Positions 18,929 through 27,577 of a DNA stretch of 64,000 bases are shown piece after piece. The translations under genes were made by a program, and so were the position numbers. Source of the stretch: an uncultured delta proteobacterium (GTDB taxonomy: Bacteria > Desulfobacterota > Syntrophorhabdia > Syntrophorhabdales > WCHB1-27); assembly GCA_963810935.1 (NCBI GenBank), contig CAWEPK010000011.1:66429-130428 (forward strand), read 5' to 3'. Below the pieces are notes generated by a model. It saw only the letters and a program-made list of their open reading frames with translations, made no database searches and was not told the origin of the DNA. Every line of letters starts with the position of its first letter. Within the stretch, counting starts at the first letter, position 1.

Positions 18929-19255
18929 ATGCGGGTCGCTTGCAGGGTTTGGCTCGATAACGATGGTAAGGCGTTCGGGGAAGGTCCTTACAGGTTGCTG
19001 AAGGGAATAGAGAAAACAGGCTCCCTTCGCCAGACGGCCGCCGAACAGGGCATGTCCTACCGTAAGGCGTGGATGGTCCTGAAGACCGTCGAGAAAAGGC
19101 TCGGCTTCCGCCTCCTCGATCGAAAGATAGGCGGGGCCTCCGGCGGGGGTTCTACCGTTACACCCTCGGGAAAGACCTTCATCTCAAAATACGAGCGGTT
19201 CAGGGCGGATGCCAACAAGTTGGTCGAGCAAGCCTACCGCAAGCACTTCAAATAG
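18929..19255 (+). CDS. modE: ModE-family regulator, winged-helix domain only (no TOBE/Mop domains)
   Basis: FGEGPYRLLKGIEKTGSLRQTAAEQGMSYRKAW...IGGASGGGSTVTP; 108 aa. Confidence 0.85.
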   Translation: MRVACRVWLDNDGKAFGEGPYRLLKGIEKTGSLRQTAAEQGMSYRKAWMVLKTVEKRLGFRLLDRKIGGASGGGSTVTPSGKTFISKYERFRADANKLVEQAYRKHFK

Positions 19256-19285
19256 CGGAAGTTTGCCTCTCTTCCATGCGCCTTT

Positions 19286-20851
19286 TTAGAACGTCCTGTT
19301 CTTATCTTCGGCGATCCATTCAGGGAACCAATGGTAGTATTCCGTCGGGTGGGCATGATCCAACCCGTCGTAAGTGGCCTTCGCCAACTCGATACCTTTC
19401 TTTGTCCTGACAAGCTTGATGAATCCCTTCTTTTCGAGCTCTACAAGCAGCGCGTCCAGCCTGTCCTCGCCGACATCCAGGGCCTCCGTTATATCACTGC
19501 GGGTCATATAGAGGCCCGGGTTTACCCGGTAGTCCTCTGCAAGAAGGTTCAGAAGTTTGTCCCCATCCACATCCTTCTCTTTGTCCGGAGGTGCAGAAAT
19601 GGGCACGGGGATACCGAGGACCGGATCGATCGTACGCCGCCGCATTTTAAGCTCATCGGCCATAGACCGAAGGGCAGCCCTGAATACGACCAACCGGCAT
19701 GCTTCCATAGTCCCGCCGGCGATATTTTCAACTTTGGCCTGGTCCATAATCTCCTCAAGAGGATAGAACGGGGTGACGCCGTCGCCGCCCATCACCTGGA
19801 TGGCGTCCAGGCTGCCCTGTAGGGCCGATTCGCAGTTATAGATCTTCGCGAGGTTCGACTCTATAGTAATATCCTTTCCGAGGTCCCAAAGGTAGGCGTC
19901 GTAATAGGTAAGGAGTCTCGCGGTTTTTGCCTTCATCACAAGGTCCGCGATCCTGAACTGGTTGACGGGGATGTCGATGGTCGGCTTACCGAACTGCACT
20001 CTCCGCTGCGCATATGGAACGACATTACGAAGAAGCTCCCGGAGCCACCCGGTCGCCGTGGCCGATATCAGGGTCCTCTCGAAATTAAGGCCGGCCGTCA
20101 TTACGCGCCAGCCGTCACCCTCATTTCCGATGCGATTGGCTGCCGGGACACGGACATTGTTGAAGTCGAGCACCCCGTTTTGGATATTGCGGAACCCCAT
20201 AATCTCGTTGACCTTCTCGACGGTAAATCCGGGTGTCCCCTTTTCGACGATAAAAGCGGTCAGGTGACGATAACTGCGTATCGCTTCCGGGTCGTTGCTC
20301 GTTCGGGCATAGACCATATGGCGCGTGGCAACGCCGGCCGACACTATGAACCGCTTCTTCCCCCGAATTACATAAACGTCGTCTTCCGGCCTTGCGGTCG
20401 TCTCTATGGCCGCAGCGTCGGTCCCGGCAAAGGACTCGGTAATAACAATCGCCCCGATCTCTCCCCCCGCAATCCGCGGTAGTATCTCTCTCTTCTGCTG
20501 TTCCGTTCCGAACTCCATGACCTGCCGTAGGCCGCCCAACATATTTCCGACGAAGGCACGCCCCGGTCCGGGCATGCAACCCATCGCTTCAGCAGCAATA
20601 CAGGCGCCTGTCGCGCCGAGACCAAGACCCCCGTATTGCTTAGGGATGGCCGCACCTGAGTAACCCTTCTCTCCTATTTTTTGAAAAATGTCCCACGGGA
20701 ATTCGCGGGTCCATCGCGTCTGTGCGTCCCTGGGCAGTATCTCTTTTACAAAGGCGGCCATGTCCGCCGAAAATCTTATCTGTTCTTCAGTCCACCACGG
20801 ATAACTTTCCACAATCCCCCCCCTTGCAGTCTCGTTGCTTATAGCCGCCAC
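19286..20851 (-). CDS. Acyl-CoA dehydrogenase with a ~125 aa C-terminal extension
   Basis: ITESFAGTD, GKKRFI, LNFER, RVQFGKP, IQVMGGDG, IAGGT. Confidence 0.9.
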   Translation of the reverse strand: MAAISNETARGGIVESYPWWTEEQIRFSADMAAFVKEILPRDAQTRWTREFPWDIFQKIGEKGYSGAAIPKQYGGLGLGATGACIAAEAMGCMPGPGRAFVGNMLGGLRQVMEFGTEQQKREILPRIAGGEIGAIVITESFAGTDAAAIETTARPEDDVYVIRGKKRFIVSAGVATRHMVYARTSNDPEAIRSYRHLTAFIVEKGTPGFTVEKVNEIMGFRNIQNGVLDFNNVRVPAANRIGNEGDGWRVMTAGLNFERTLISATATGWLRELLRNVVPYAQRRVQFGKPTIDIPVNQFRIADLVMKAKTARLLTYYDAYLWDLGKDITIESNLAKIYNCESALQGSLDAIQVMGGDGVTPFYPLEEIMDQAKVENIAGGTMEACRLVVFRAALRSMADELKMRRRTIDPVLGIPVPISAPPDKEKDVDGDKLLNLLAEDYRVNPGLYMTRSDITEALDVGEDRLDALLVELEKKGFIKLVRTKKGIELAKATYDGLDHAHPTEYYHWFPEWIAEDKNRTF

Positions 20852-20894
20852 ACACCGGCGTTCTAAAAGTCGTTAACGTCCTGTGGCTTATTGC

Positions 20895-23213
20895 TCACTT
20901 CTTTAAAGGCCAATTCCCCGCTTTCTTCAGCCCCGTTACAATCTTCTCCGGTGTTACCGGCAGTTCCTTGAACCAGACTCCGGTCGCATCGTGAATCGCG
21001 CTTACTACCGAAGGAGGCGCGCTCACGTGGCTTCCCTCGGATGCTTCTTTTGCTCCATAGGGACCGTCGGGATCATCGGTAATGATATCGATCACCTTGA
21101 TATCGGGCACATCGGTCGAACGGGGCATTTTGTAATCGAGGAAGCTGCTGTTGAGCGTTTCGCCGTCCACCATGATGAACTCCTCATAGATGGCCTGGCC
21201 GAGCCCCTGCACTGCACCGCCTTCGTTCTGCCCTTCGACGCTCACCGGGTGAAGCGGTCGTCCGCAATCATGTCCTATGGTAAAATCGGTGACCTTCACC
21301 TTGCCCGTTTCCATGTCCACGCCCACCCTGGTCGTCTGGGCGGTGAAACTGTAAGAGGTGCCGCCGTTGCCCGTACCTGTCATGAAATCCAACGGCTCGA
21401 CCCCGTAGCCCGAATAGCCCCGCCCGAGGATGACGGCGCCCGACCCTTCGTAACTGGCTATCTTTGCGACCTTTTCAAAGGACATTTTCTTGTCGGGATT
21501 CGATTTCGTGTATGCGACGCTGTTCGAGATTTCGATTTCCTCCGGAGGTACTCCCCAGACCTTCGCAACGGCTTCGACGAGTTGCTTCCTGGCATCGAGC
21601 GCGGCCCGCTGGGTCGCCTGGCCGGCAAGGGCGGTCACCCTGCTCCCGTAACTGCCCGGGTCTACAGGCGTGTATGCCGTATCGACCCTCTTTATGCTCA
21701 CGTCCTCATACCGCACGCCAAGGGACTCGGCAGCTATCATCGCAAGGACCGTGTCGGACCCCTGGCCGCAGTCTGTTGCCCCGGTGAGCAGGTTGACCGT
21801 CCCGTCTTCGCAGATACGGACTATTGCGCCGCACGATTGATGCCCCAATTGGCGGGCGCCGCCCAGGTAGGAAGTGGAGGAAATGCCTACCCCGTAAGAG
21901 AGAGCGCCGCTTCGTTTCGGCCCCTTATCTTTTTCCTTCCATACGCTCTCCTCCGCAACCGCCTCTATGGCTTCCTTGATGCCGCACGTCTTCAGGGTAA
22001 TGCCGTTTATCGTACTGTACGTCTCCCCCTTAGCGGGGTTGTCGATGGCATTGCGCATGCGGACGTCTACGAAATCTATGCCCAGCTCTTCGGCCATCAT
22101 CTCCATCTGGATCTCACATGCGAAGCGCGTGTGGGTGATGCCGTGCCCCCGCATCGCGGCAGACACGGGATGGTTCGTAAAAGCCCTCCGGCAATCATAT
22201 TTATAGTTGGGCAGCTTGTAGGGAAGGGTAGTGGCAAAGCCGGTCAGGTACATGGTGAGGGGGCTTATCGCCGTATAGGCCCCACCGTCCCCGACGACAC
22301 GGGTCTGGACTGCGGTAATGAGTCCGTCCTTCGTCATTCCCATCTTATTGTAAACGATCATGGAGTGCCTGCGACGGCAGGTTGTGAGCACTTCCTCCAT
22401 GTTATAGATGAATTTCACGGGCCTGCCCGTCTTCTTGGACAGCATGACCGCACAGAAGTCGCCAGCCACGGAATCGTTCTTCGTGCCCCCGAAACCGCCG
22501 CCTATAAACGGCTGAATCACCCTTACCTTGTTCAGGGGAAGGCCGAAGCAGGCCGCCAGGTGGCGGTAGTGGAAGTACGGGCTCTGCTTGGCGGGCCACA
22601 CCGTGATGCCGGCTGCCGGGTCATAGACGGCAAGAGAGGCAGGGGGCTCGAGGAAGCCCACTATGACGCGGCCTGTCTTGAATCTGTCTTCCCTTACCAG
22701 ATAGGAATCGGAAAAGGCCTTTTCTACGTCTCCGAAGTTCCAATGGTATTCTACGGCCACATTGTTCGGCCTGTAATCGTGAATGACCGGCGCGCCCTGG
22801 AGCAGCGCCTCCTCCGGGTCATAGACGGCCGGCAGCTCCTCGTAATCGACTTTGATAAGATCGCATGCCTCTTCGGCAGTCTCCTCGTCGATAGCCGCCA
22901 CTGCGGCCAGCCCTTCGTTGAGGTAGCGCACCTTGTCAACGGCCAGCGGCGGCTCGTCACGGGTGGTGGCCATGAAGCCCCACGTCCAACCGCCGAAATC
23001 CTTGCCTGTTATTACCGCCTTGACCCCTTTGAGCTTTTCGGCCCGGCTCGTATCGATATTAAGGATCCGGCCGTGGGGCACGGAAGCCCTGGCCACCTTT
23101 GCCCAAAGCATGTTCGGGAGTGAATAATCGGCTGCGTACCTGGCCTGGCCCGTCACCTTGTCCTTGCCGTCGATCCTGGGCACCCGTTTTCCTATGACGT
23201 TATACTCTTCCAT
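20895..23213 (-). CDS. Xanthine dehydrogenase family Mo-binding subunit (HcrA-like motifs)
   Basis: GGGFGG, AMRGHG, DCGQG, GSYGSRVT, GAKEASEG. Confidence 0.9.
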   Translation of the reverse strand: MEEYNVIGKRVPRIDGKDKVTGQARYAADYSLPNMLWAKVARASVPHGRILNIDTSRAEKLKGVKAVITGKDFGGWTWGFMATTRDEPPLAVDKVRYLNEGLAAVAAIDEETAEEACDLIKVDYEELPAVYDPEEALLQGAPVIHDYRPNNVAVEYHWNFGDVEKAFSDSYLVREDRFKTGRVIVGFLEPPASLAVYDPAAGITVWPAKQSPYFHYRHLAACFGLPLNKVRVIQPFIGGGFGGTKNDSVAGDFCAVMLSKKTGRPVKFIYNMEEVLTTCRRRHSMIVYNKMGMTKDGLITAVQTRVVGDGGAYTAISPLTMYLTGFATTLPYKLPNYKYDCRRAFTNHPVSAAMRGHGITHTRFACEIQMEMMAEELGIDFVDVRMRNAIDNPAKGETYSTINGITLKTCGIKEAIEAVAEESVWKEKDKGPKRSGALSYGVGISSTSYLGGARQLGHQSCGAIVRICEDGTVNLLTGATDCGQGSDTVLAMIAAESLGVRYEDVSIKRVDTAYTPVDPGSYGSRVTALAGQATQRAALDARKQLVEAVAKVWGVPPEEIEISNSVAYTKSNPDKKMSFEKVAKIASYEGSGAVILGRGYSGYGVEPLDFMTGTGNGGTSYSFTAQTTRVGVDMETGKVKVTDFTIGHDCGRPLHPVSVEGQNEGGAVQGLGQAIYEEFIMVDGETLNSSFLDYKMPRSTDVPDIKVIDIITDDPDGPYGAKEASEGSHVSAPPSVVSAIHDATGVWFKELPVTPEKIVTGLKKAGNWPLKK

Positions 23214-23218
23214 GGCGC

Positions 23219-23686
23219 CTACTCCTTCATCATTTGTGCGGCGGCTCTTACCGATGCAAAAATCTTCGTATATCCCGTGCACCGGCAGAAGTTCCCGGAC
23301 AGTCCCTGGCGTATCTCCTCATCACTGGGGTCCTTGTTCTTATCAAGGAGGACTTTCGTAGAGAGGATCATCCCCGGCGTACAAAACCCGCATTGCAGCC
23401 CTCCGACGTCTACGAAAGCCTGTTGAATCGGGTGGAGCTTCTCGCCATCCGCCAGCCCTTCGATAGTCGTGATCTCCTTTCCGTCGGCTTCCATCGCAAG
23501 CATTATGCAGGCATTGACCGCCTGGTTATCCATGATCACGGTGCAAGCCCCGCATTCACCGAGACCGCACCCCTCTTTTGTTCCCGTCAGCCCCAGGTCT
23601 TCCCGGAGGACGTCGAGCAGCATGGCTGACGGCTTCACCTTTACCGTATATGGTTTGTTGTTGACCTTCAGTTTTAAGGTTTTCAC
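23219..23686 (-). CDS. [2Fe-2S]-binding subunit
   Basis: GCGLGECGACT, QCGFC, NFCRCTGY; GTG start overlaps the FAD subunit stop. Confidence 0.92.
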   Translation of the reverse strand: MKTLKLKVNNKPYTVKVKPSAMLLDVLREDLGLTGTKEGCGLGECGACTVIMDNQAVNACIMLAMEADGKEITTIEGLADGEKLHPIQQAFVDVGGLQCGFCTPGMILSTKVLLDKNKDPSDEEIRQGLSGNFCRCTGYTKIFASVRAAAQMMKE

Positions 23687-24573
23687 AATTGATCTCCCTC
23701 CAGGAGGACCTGCCGGAGCGCTCTTCTCGTCATCACGTAGACCATGTCGCAGCGGTATTCCCTTGACGCCCTGTGATCGTCGATGGGGCTGCATTGCGTT
23801 ATGGCGTTGTTTGCAGCCTCGTCGATAAGACCGGACGTGATTTTTTGACCGCGGAGGATCGATTCCGCCATCGGCGCACGGACAGGCGTCGGCGCCACCG
23901 CTCCGAGGGCGATCCTGATCTCTTTACAGACGCCTTTATCGCAGGCCGCCACCACCGAGACCCCCACAACGGCAAGGTCCATGGAATGGCGGGGTGAGAG
24001 CTTGAAGTAGACGCCTTTGCTTCCGGACGGCGTATTCGGCACCTTGATGGCTGTTACAATCTCTTCCCTGCCTACGACCGTTTGCCTGGGACCGGTAAAG
24101 AACTTGTCAAGCGGAACCAGGCGTTCGCCTCCGGGGCCCCTCAAACGAACCGTGGCGTCGAGGGCCAGCAGAGCGGGAGCACTGTCGGCCGACGGAACGG
24201 CAGAACAGATATTGCCGACAAAGGTCGCGCGGTTGCGGACCTGGGGCGATGCCATACTTGCCGCTGCCTGGGCGAGGACCGGGAAAAGTGCTCGTACCTG
24301 CCCGGAGCCTTCGATTGCCGCAGCCGTCGTCAGCGCACCTATGGTCAGGCCTCCGGCCTCGCTGCACGCGAAACGCTCCAGCTCCCGCAATCCCTTGAGA
24401 TCGATTACGCAGCTCACTGCCGTTTTTTCACGCTTCTTCAGCCAGGGAATCAGGTCGGTTCCGCCTGCCATGACCTGTGCCTTCTCTCCACGCTTTACGA
24501 GAAGCGCGATTGTCTCTTCGATAGTCTTGGGTTTTAAGTAGTCAAATTGCGGTAGTCTTCGGTAAAAGGTCAT
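23683..24573 (-). CDS. FAD-binding subunit (CoxM-like, no 4Fe-4S insert)
   Basis: AGGTDL, RNRATFVGNI, ALGAVAPTP. Confidence 0.92.
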   Translation of the reverse strand: MTFYRRLPQFDYLKPKTIEETIALLVKRGEKAQVMAGGTDLIPWLKKREKTAVSCVIDLKGLRELERFACSEAGGLTIGALTTAAAIEGSGQVRALFPVLAQAAASMASPQVRNRATFVGNICSAVPSADSAPALLALDATVRLRGPGGERLVPLDKFFTGPRQTVVGREEIVTAIKVPNTPSGSKGVYFKLSPRHSMDLAVVGVSVVAACDKGVCKEIRIALGAVAPTPVRAPMAESILRGQKITSGLIDEAANNAITQCSPIDDHRASREYRCDMVYVMTRRALRQVLLEGDQL

Positions 24574-24621
24574 GGTGCCCCTCCTTATGCCACTCTCGAT
24601 GACCGGCCTGTCATCTTAAAC

Positions 24622-24655
24622 TGTACAGGTGTGTCTAAATATACATACTTGTCTA
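24622..24655. promoter_or_regulatory. Tandem imperfect palindromes, putative TetR operator
   Basis: TGTACA-N4-TGTCTA and TATACA-N4-TGTCTA, 18 bp apart, in the divergent region. Confidence 0.5.
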
Positions 24656-24782
24656 TTGTAGTAAAGTCATAAAACCGTTGTCAAGCCTTTTTTTATGAGA
24701 CTTTTGTTTACTCACAGTTGTGATCTCTCTCTTCAGTCTGTTGTTGACACGCGTCTGAGTGCTTGCTATACTAGCCGACACA

Positions 24783-25407
24783 ATGGAGAAGAAGGAGAGA
24801 GTAAAAAGCCGGGAGGCCAAGGAGAAGATACTTCGGACCACCACGCGGCTTTTGCTGAAGAAGGGCAGCTTCATGGCGGTATCGACCACGGATATCTGCA
24901 AGGCTGCGAAGATTGCGCGGCCGAGCCTCTATAACTATTTCGGCAGCAAAAGGAACCTTCTCTATTCCCTTCACCTGGACCACATGGAGAAGGTGCTGAG
25001 ACCATACCTCGATGAAGCTTCGTCGATCGACGATCCCCTTACACGCCTCACCTTCATGGTCCGCACATTTACGGGCGATGTGATCGGACGCTACCCTGAG
25101 CCTGAGGTTCCTTATCCATGATACCCTGGCCATTAAAGACCGGTATTTCAAGGACGTCAGGAAGGAGTGGAAGCGCCACTACCTTCTTTTGCGCTCAACT
25201 ATTTCCCAGTTGCAGGATCAGGGGAAGGCGCGCAAGGACATGAGCGCATCGTACGCTGCCCTCTTCATGCTCGGCATGATGACGTGGGGAACTTTCTGGT
25301 TCGACTTCGACCGCAGGGACCGCATCGATGAGATAGCAAAGGGGGCAGTCGATTTCGTTCTCGAAGGGCTCCAGGCGGGCCCATTCTGCGAACAAAACTC
25401 ACCTTAG
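24783..25407 (+). CDS. TetR family regulator (frameshift near 25105)
   Basis: HTH STTDICKAAKIARPSLYNYFGSK; C-terminus continues in another frame. Confidence 0.85.
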
Positions 25408-25540
25408 CAGCCGGCGCTTCCCCAAATACCTTCCCTGATACCGCATATTGCGGCTATATAAGCGATCCCATAGATTTTCTGTTACCCCCCTTCACAACCA
25501 GCCCCGGATGTCTTATTTTTTCCATAGGGAGGAGAAGGCT

Positions 25541-26128
25541 ATGGAAGATAAAGAATACACACGGACGATCTGCGAGATACTCGGTTCCGTTATTCCGATA
25601 CTCGAACAGGCTAGGAGGTGCATCTTCGCTGAGGACAGGGGTTGCCTCGATAAGGCCAACGCGGCACTGAAAGAAGCACTGAAGTCCTATCTCCCGCTTG
25701 CAGAAGAGCTTATGCGCAAGAAGGAGAAGAGCGCGGCCGAGCTCAGGTTCCTGACCGTCCTGCCTTGCATCCAGAAGCTCGGTATCAACATCGGCGACCT
25801 CCTGAGAGCGTCGACAACCAAGCTAGACTGCGGCGTACCCTTCACCGACAAAGGTCTCAATGAGATCAAGGACGTCATAGCCGGGGCCCAGGGCCTCGCA
25901 ATGGACACAAAGGATGTCTTCATAACGAAGAACCGCCACTTGGGCCAGCGCGTGCAGTCCGACGTCGAACGGCTTTACGAGATGGTCGACGCTTTCTCCC
26001 TGGAACACCAGGACAGGCTTATAAAGGGCTCCTGCTCCGCGAAGGCCTCTTATCTCTATCTGGATATGATGGAGGCCCTGAAGAGGACGGTGCTCCAGCT
26101 CGCTGCCCTTTCCAAGGAGGCCTTGTAG
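25541..26128 (+). CDS. PhoU-like helical protein (Na/Pi-cotransporter C-terminal domain-like)
   Basis: PFTDKGLNEI...HQDRLIKGSCSAKASYLYLDM motif; GGAGGAG RBS. Confidence 0.7.
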   Translation: MEDKEYTRTICEILGSVIPILEQARRCIFAEDRGCLDKANAALKEALKSYLPLAEELMRKKEKSAAELRFLTVLPCIQKLGINIGDLLRASTTKLDCGVPFTDKGLNEIKDVIAGAQGLAMDTKDVFITKNRHLGQRVQSDVERLYEMVDAFSLEHQDRLIKGSCSAKASYLYLDMMEALKRTVLQLAALSKEAL

Positions 26129-26193
26129 CGGCGAGGCCGATAAGATTGTAAGGTTGTATGAAATGTTCACAGGAAAATTATTAGACACGTTGG

Positions 26194-26433
26194 GTGACTG
26201 CCAATGTGACGATGACGACTACCCAGCCTCTCAATCTCGCCATCGACTTCAACGCGGGCGAGGACATAGTGGACAACACGAGGAACGGCCACCTTGAATA
26301 TTATCTCAAGCCCAGGCTTGCCAATTTCGACATGGACCACGCGGGCGCCATACTGGGCACCATCGACCCGATTTCTGCGGGCAACGCCTCCACCGCCATT
26401 TTCGTGTTCAAGGCCGAGCAAGTAAATTTATAA
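26194..26433 (+). pseudogene. Fragment resembling the C-terminal part of a DUF4382-type protein
   Basis: LAIDFNAGEDIVD...YYLKP...GAILGTI motif with no plausible N-terminus. Confidence 0.4.
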
Positions 26434-26640
26434 GATAGTACGAGCCGTACCGCTGCCAAACCGACATATGACAATTTGAGAGCCGGATAGGGGCAGCCTT
26501 CATTTTCTGCCCCTTGCGGGGAACTGCCGGGAGAGCATGACAGGCCGTTGGCTATGGTCATAGAAGTGTCCCGTTTGACGCCGGCAACCCCATCCATAAT
26601 GGCTTCTAAAAATGCCCCTGCACGGCGTCCAGCTTTTCTC

Positions 26641-26709
26641 TTGACAAGAGGATGCCAGTCTAATATCATCATGGGATACAAGTGCAAACAGACGTTTGCA
26701 TATGTGAAC
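26641..26709 (+). promoter_or_regulatory. Sigma70 promoter and palindromic operator of the iclR operon
   Basis: TTGACA-17-TATCAT; TGCAAAC-N4-GTTTGCA and GTTTGCATATGTGAAC. Confidence 0.55.
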
Positions 26710-26728
26710 AATTGAAAGGTGCAGCACG

Positions 26729-27563
26729 ATGGCTATTGTGAAGTCCGCAGATAGGGTCATTCTCATACTGGAGACTATCTCTGTCAGGGATAACGGCATC
26801 ACCCATGGCGAGCTTTCGAGGATCTCCGGCATTCCAAAGGGGAGTCTCTCGCCCCTGCTGTCGAACCTCGTTGACCGCGATTACCTGATATTCGACGCAT
26901 CGAGCAAGCGGTACGCGCTCGGCCCGAAACTTATGGCCCTCAGCTCCACGTTACCTCTCGACGTATCATCTGGTGCGCATCAGCCGGCCGATCATGCAGG
27001 ATCTCGTTGGGGAGATTAATGAGGATGCCGAGCTTGCCGTAATGAAAGATAGCGAAATTCTTTTTCTCTATGGAGTGGACAGCTCTAGGCCGCTGAGACA
27101 CGTCATTGCTGTCGGCGACCGCGCCCCCGCCTACCCGATAGCGGCCGGAAAAGCGATCCTCGCGTATCTCCCGGACGGTGAGATCGCCGATTATCTTTCC
27201 ACGGTAACGCTGACGCCCTTTACCGAGAACACCATAACCGATCCGGATGCGCTGAGGCGCGAGCTGCACAAAGTTCGCTCGGAAGGAGTTGCCTCCGGTT
27301 ACGGGGAATATTACGAGGATATCAACTCGATCGCCGCCCCTATTTTCAACATGTACGGCCGTGTGGCCGGGTCTCTCGTCGTGCCCCTGCTGAGTATCCG
27401 CCTCGATCCCGAGCGGTACCGGTTTATCGACACACGGTTGCGGAGCGCTGCGGCAAGGATATCGCGCCAGCTCGGTTTCGAGGCGGATACTAAAAGAGAA
27501 CGGGTGGCCGGAAGAAGAAAAGAAGAGGGGTGGAAAGGCGCGGGTAAAGACAAAATCCAATGA
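26729..27563 (+). CDS. IclR family regulator (frameshift near 26970)
   Basis: VKSADRVILILE...GIPKGSL HTH; AAGKAILAY, LTPFTENTITD, SIAAPIF. Confidence 0.9.
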
Positions 27564-27577
27564 AAGGAGGCAACGTT

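Noticed and set aside
20991..23123. Long antisense ORFs (710 aa here; also 28382-30292, 6612-7922, 46580-47671)
   Set aside because: Shadow ORFs opposite well-supported genes in GC-rich DNA, with no protein-like motifs
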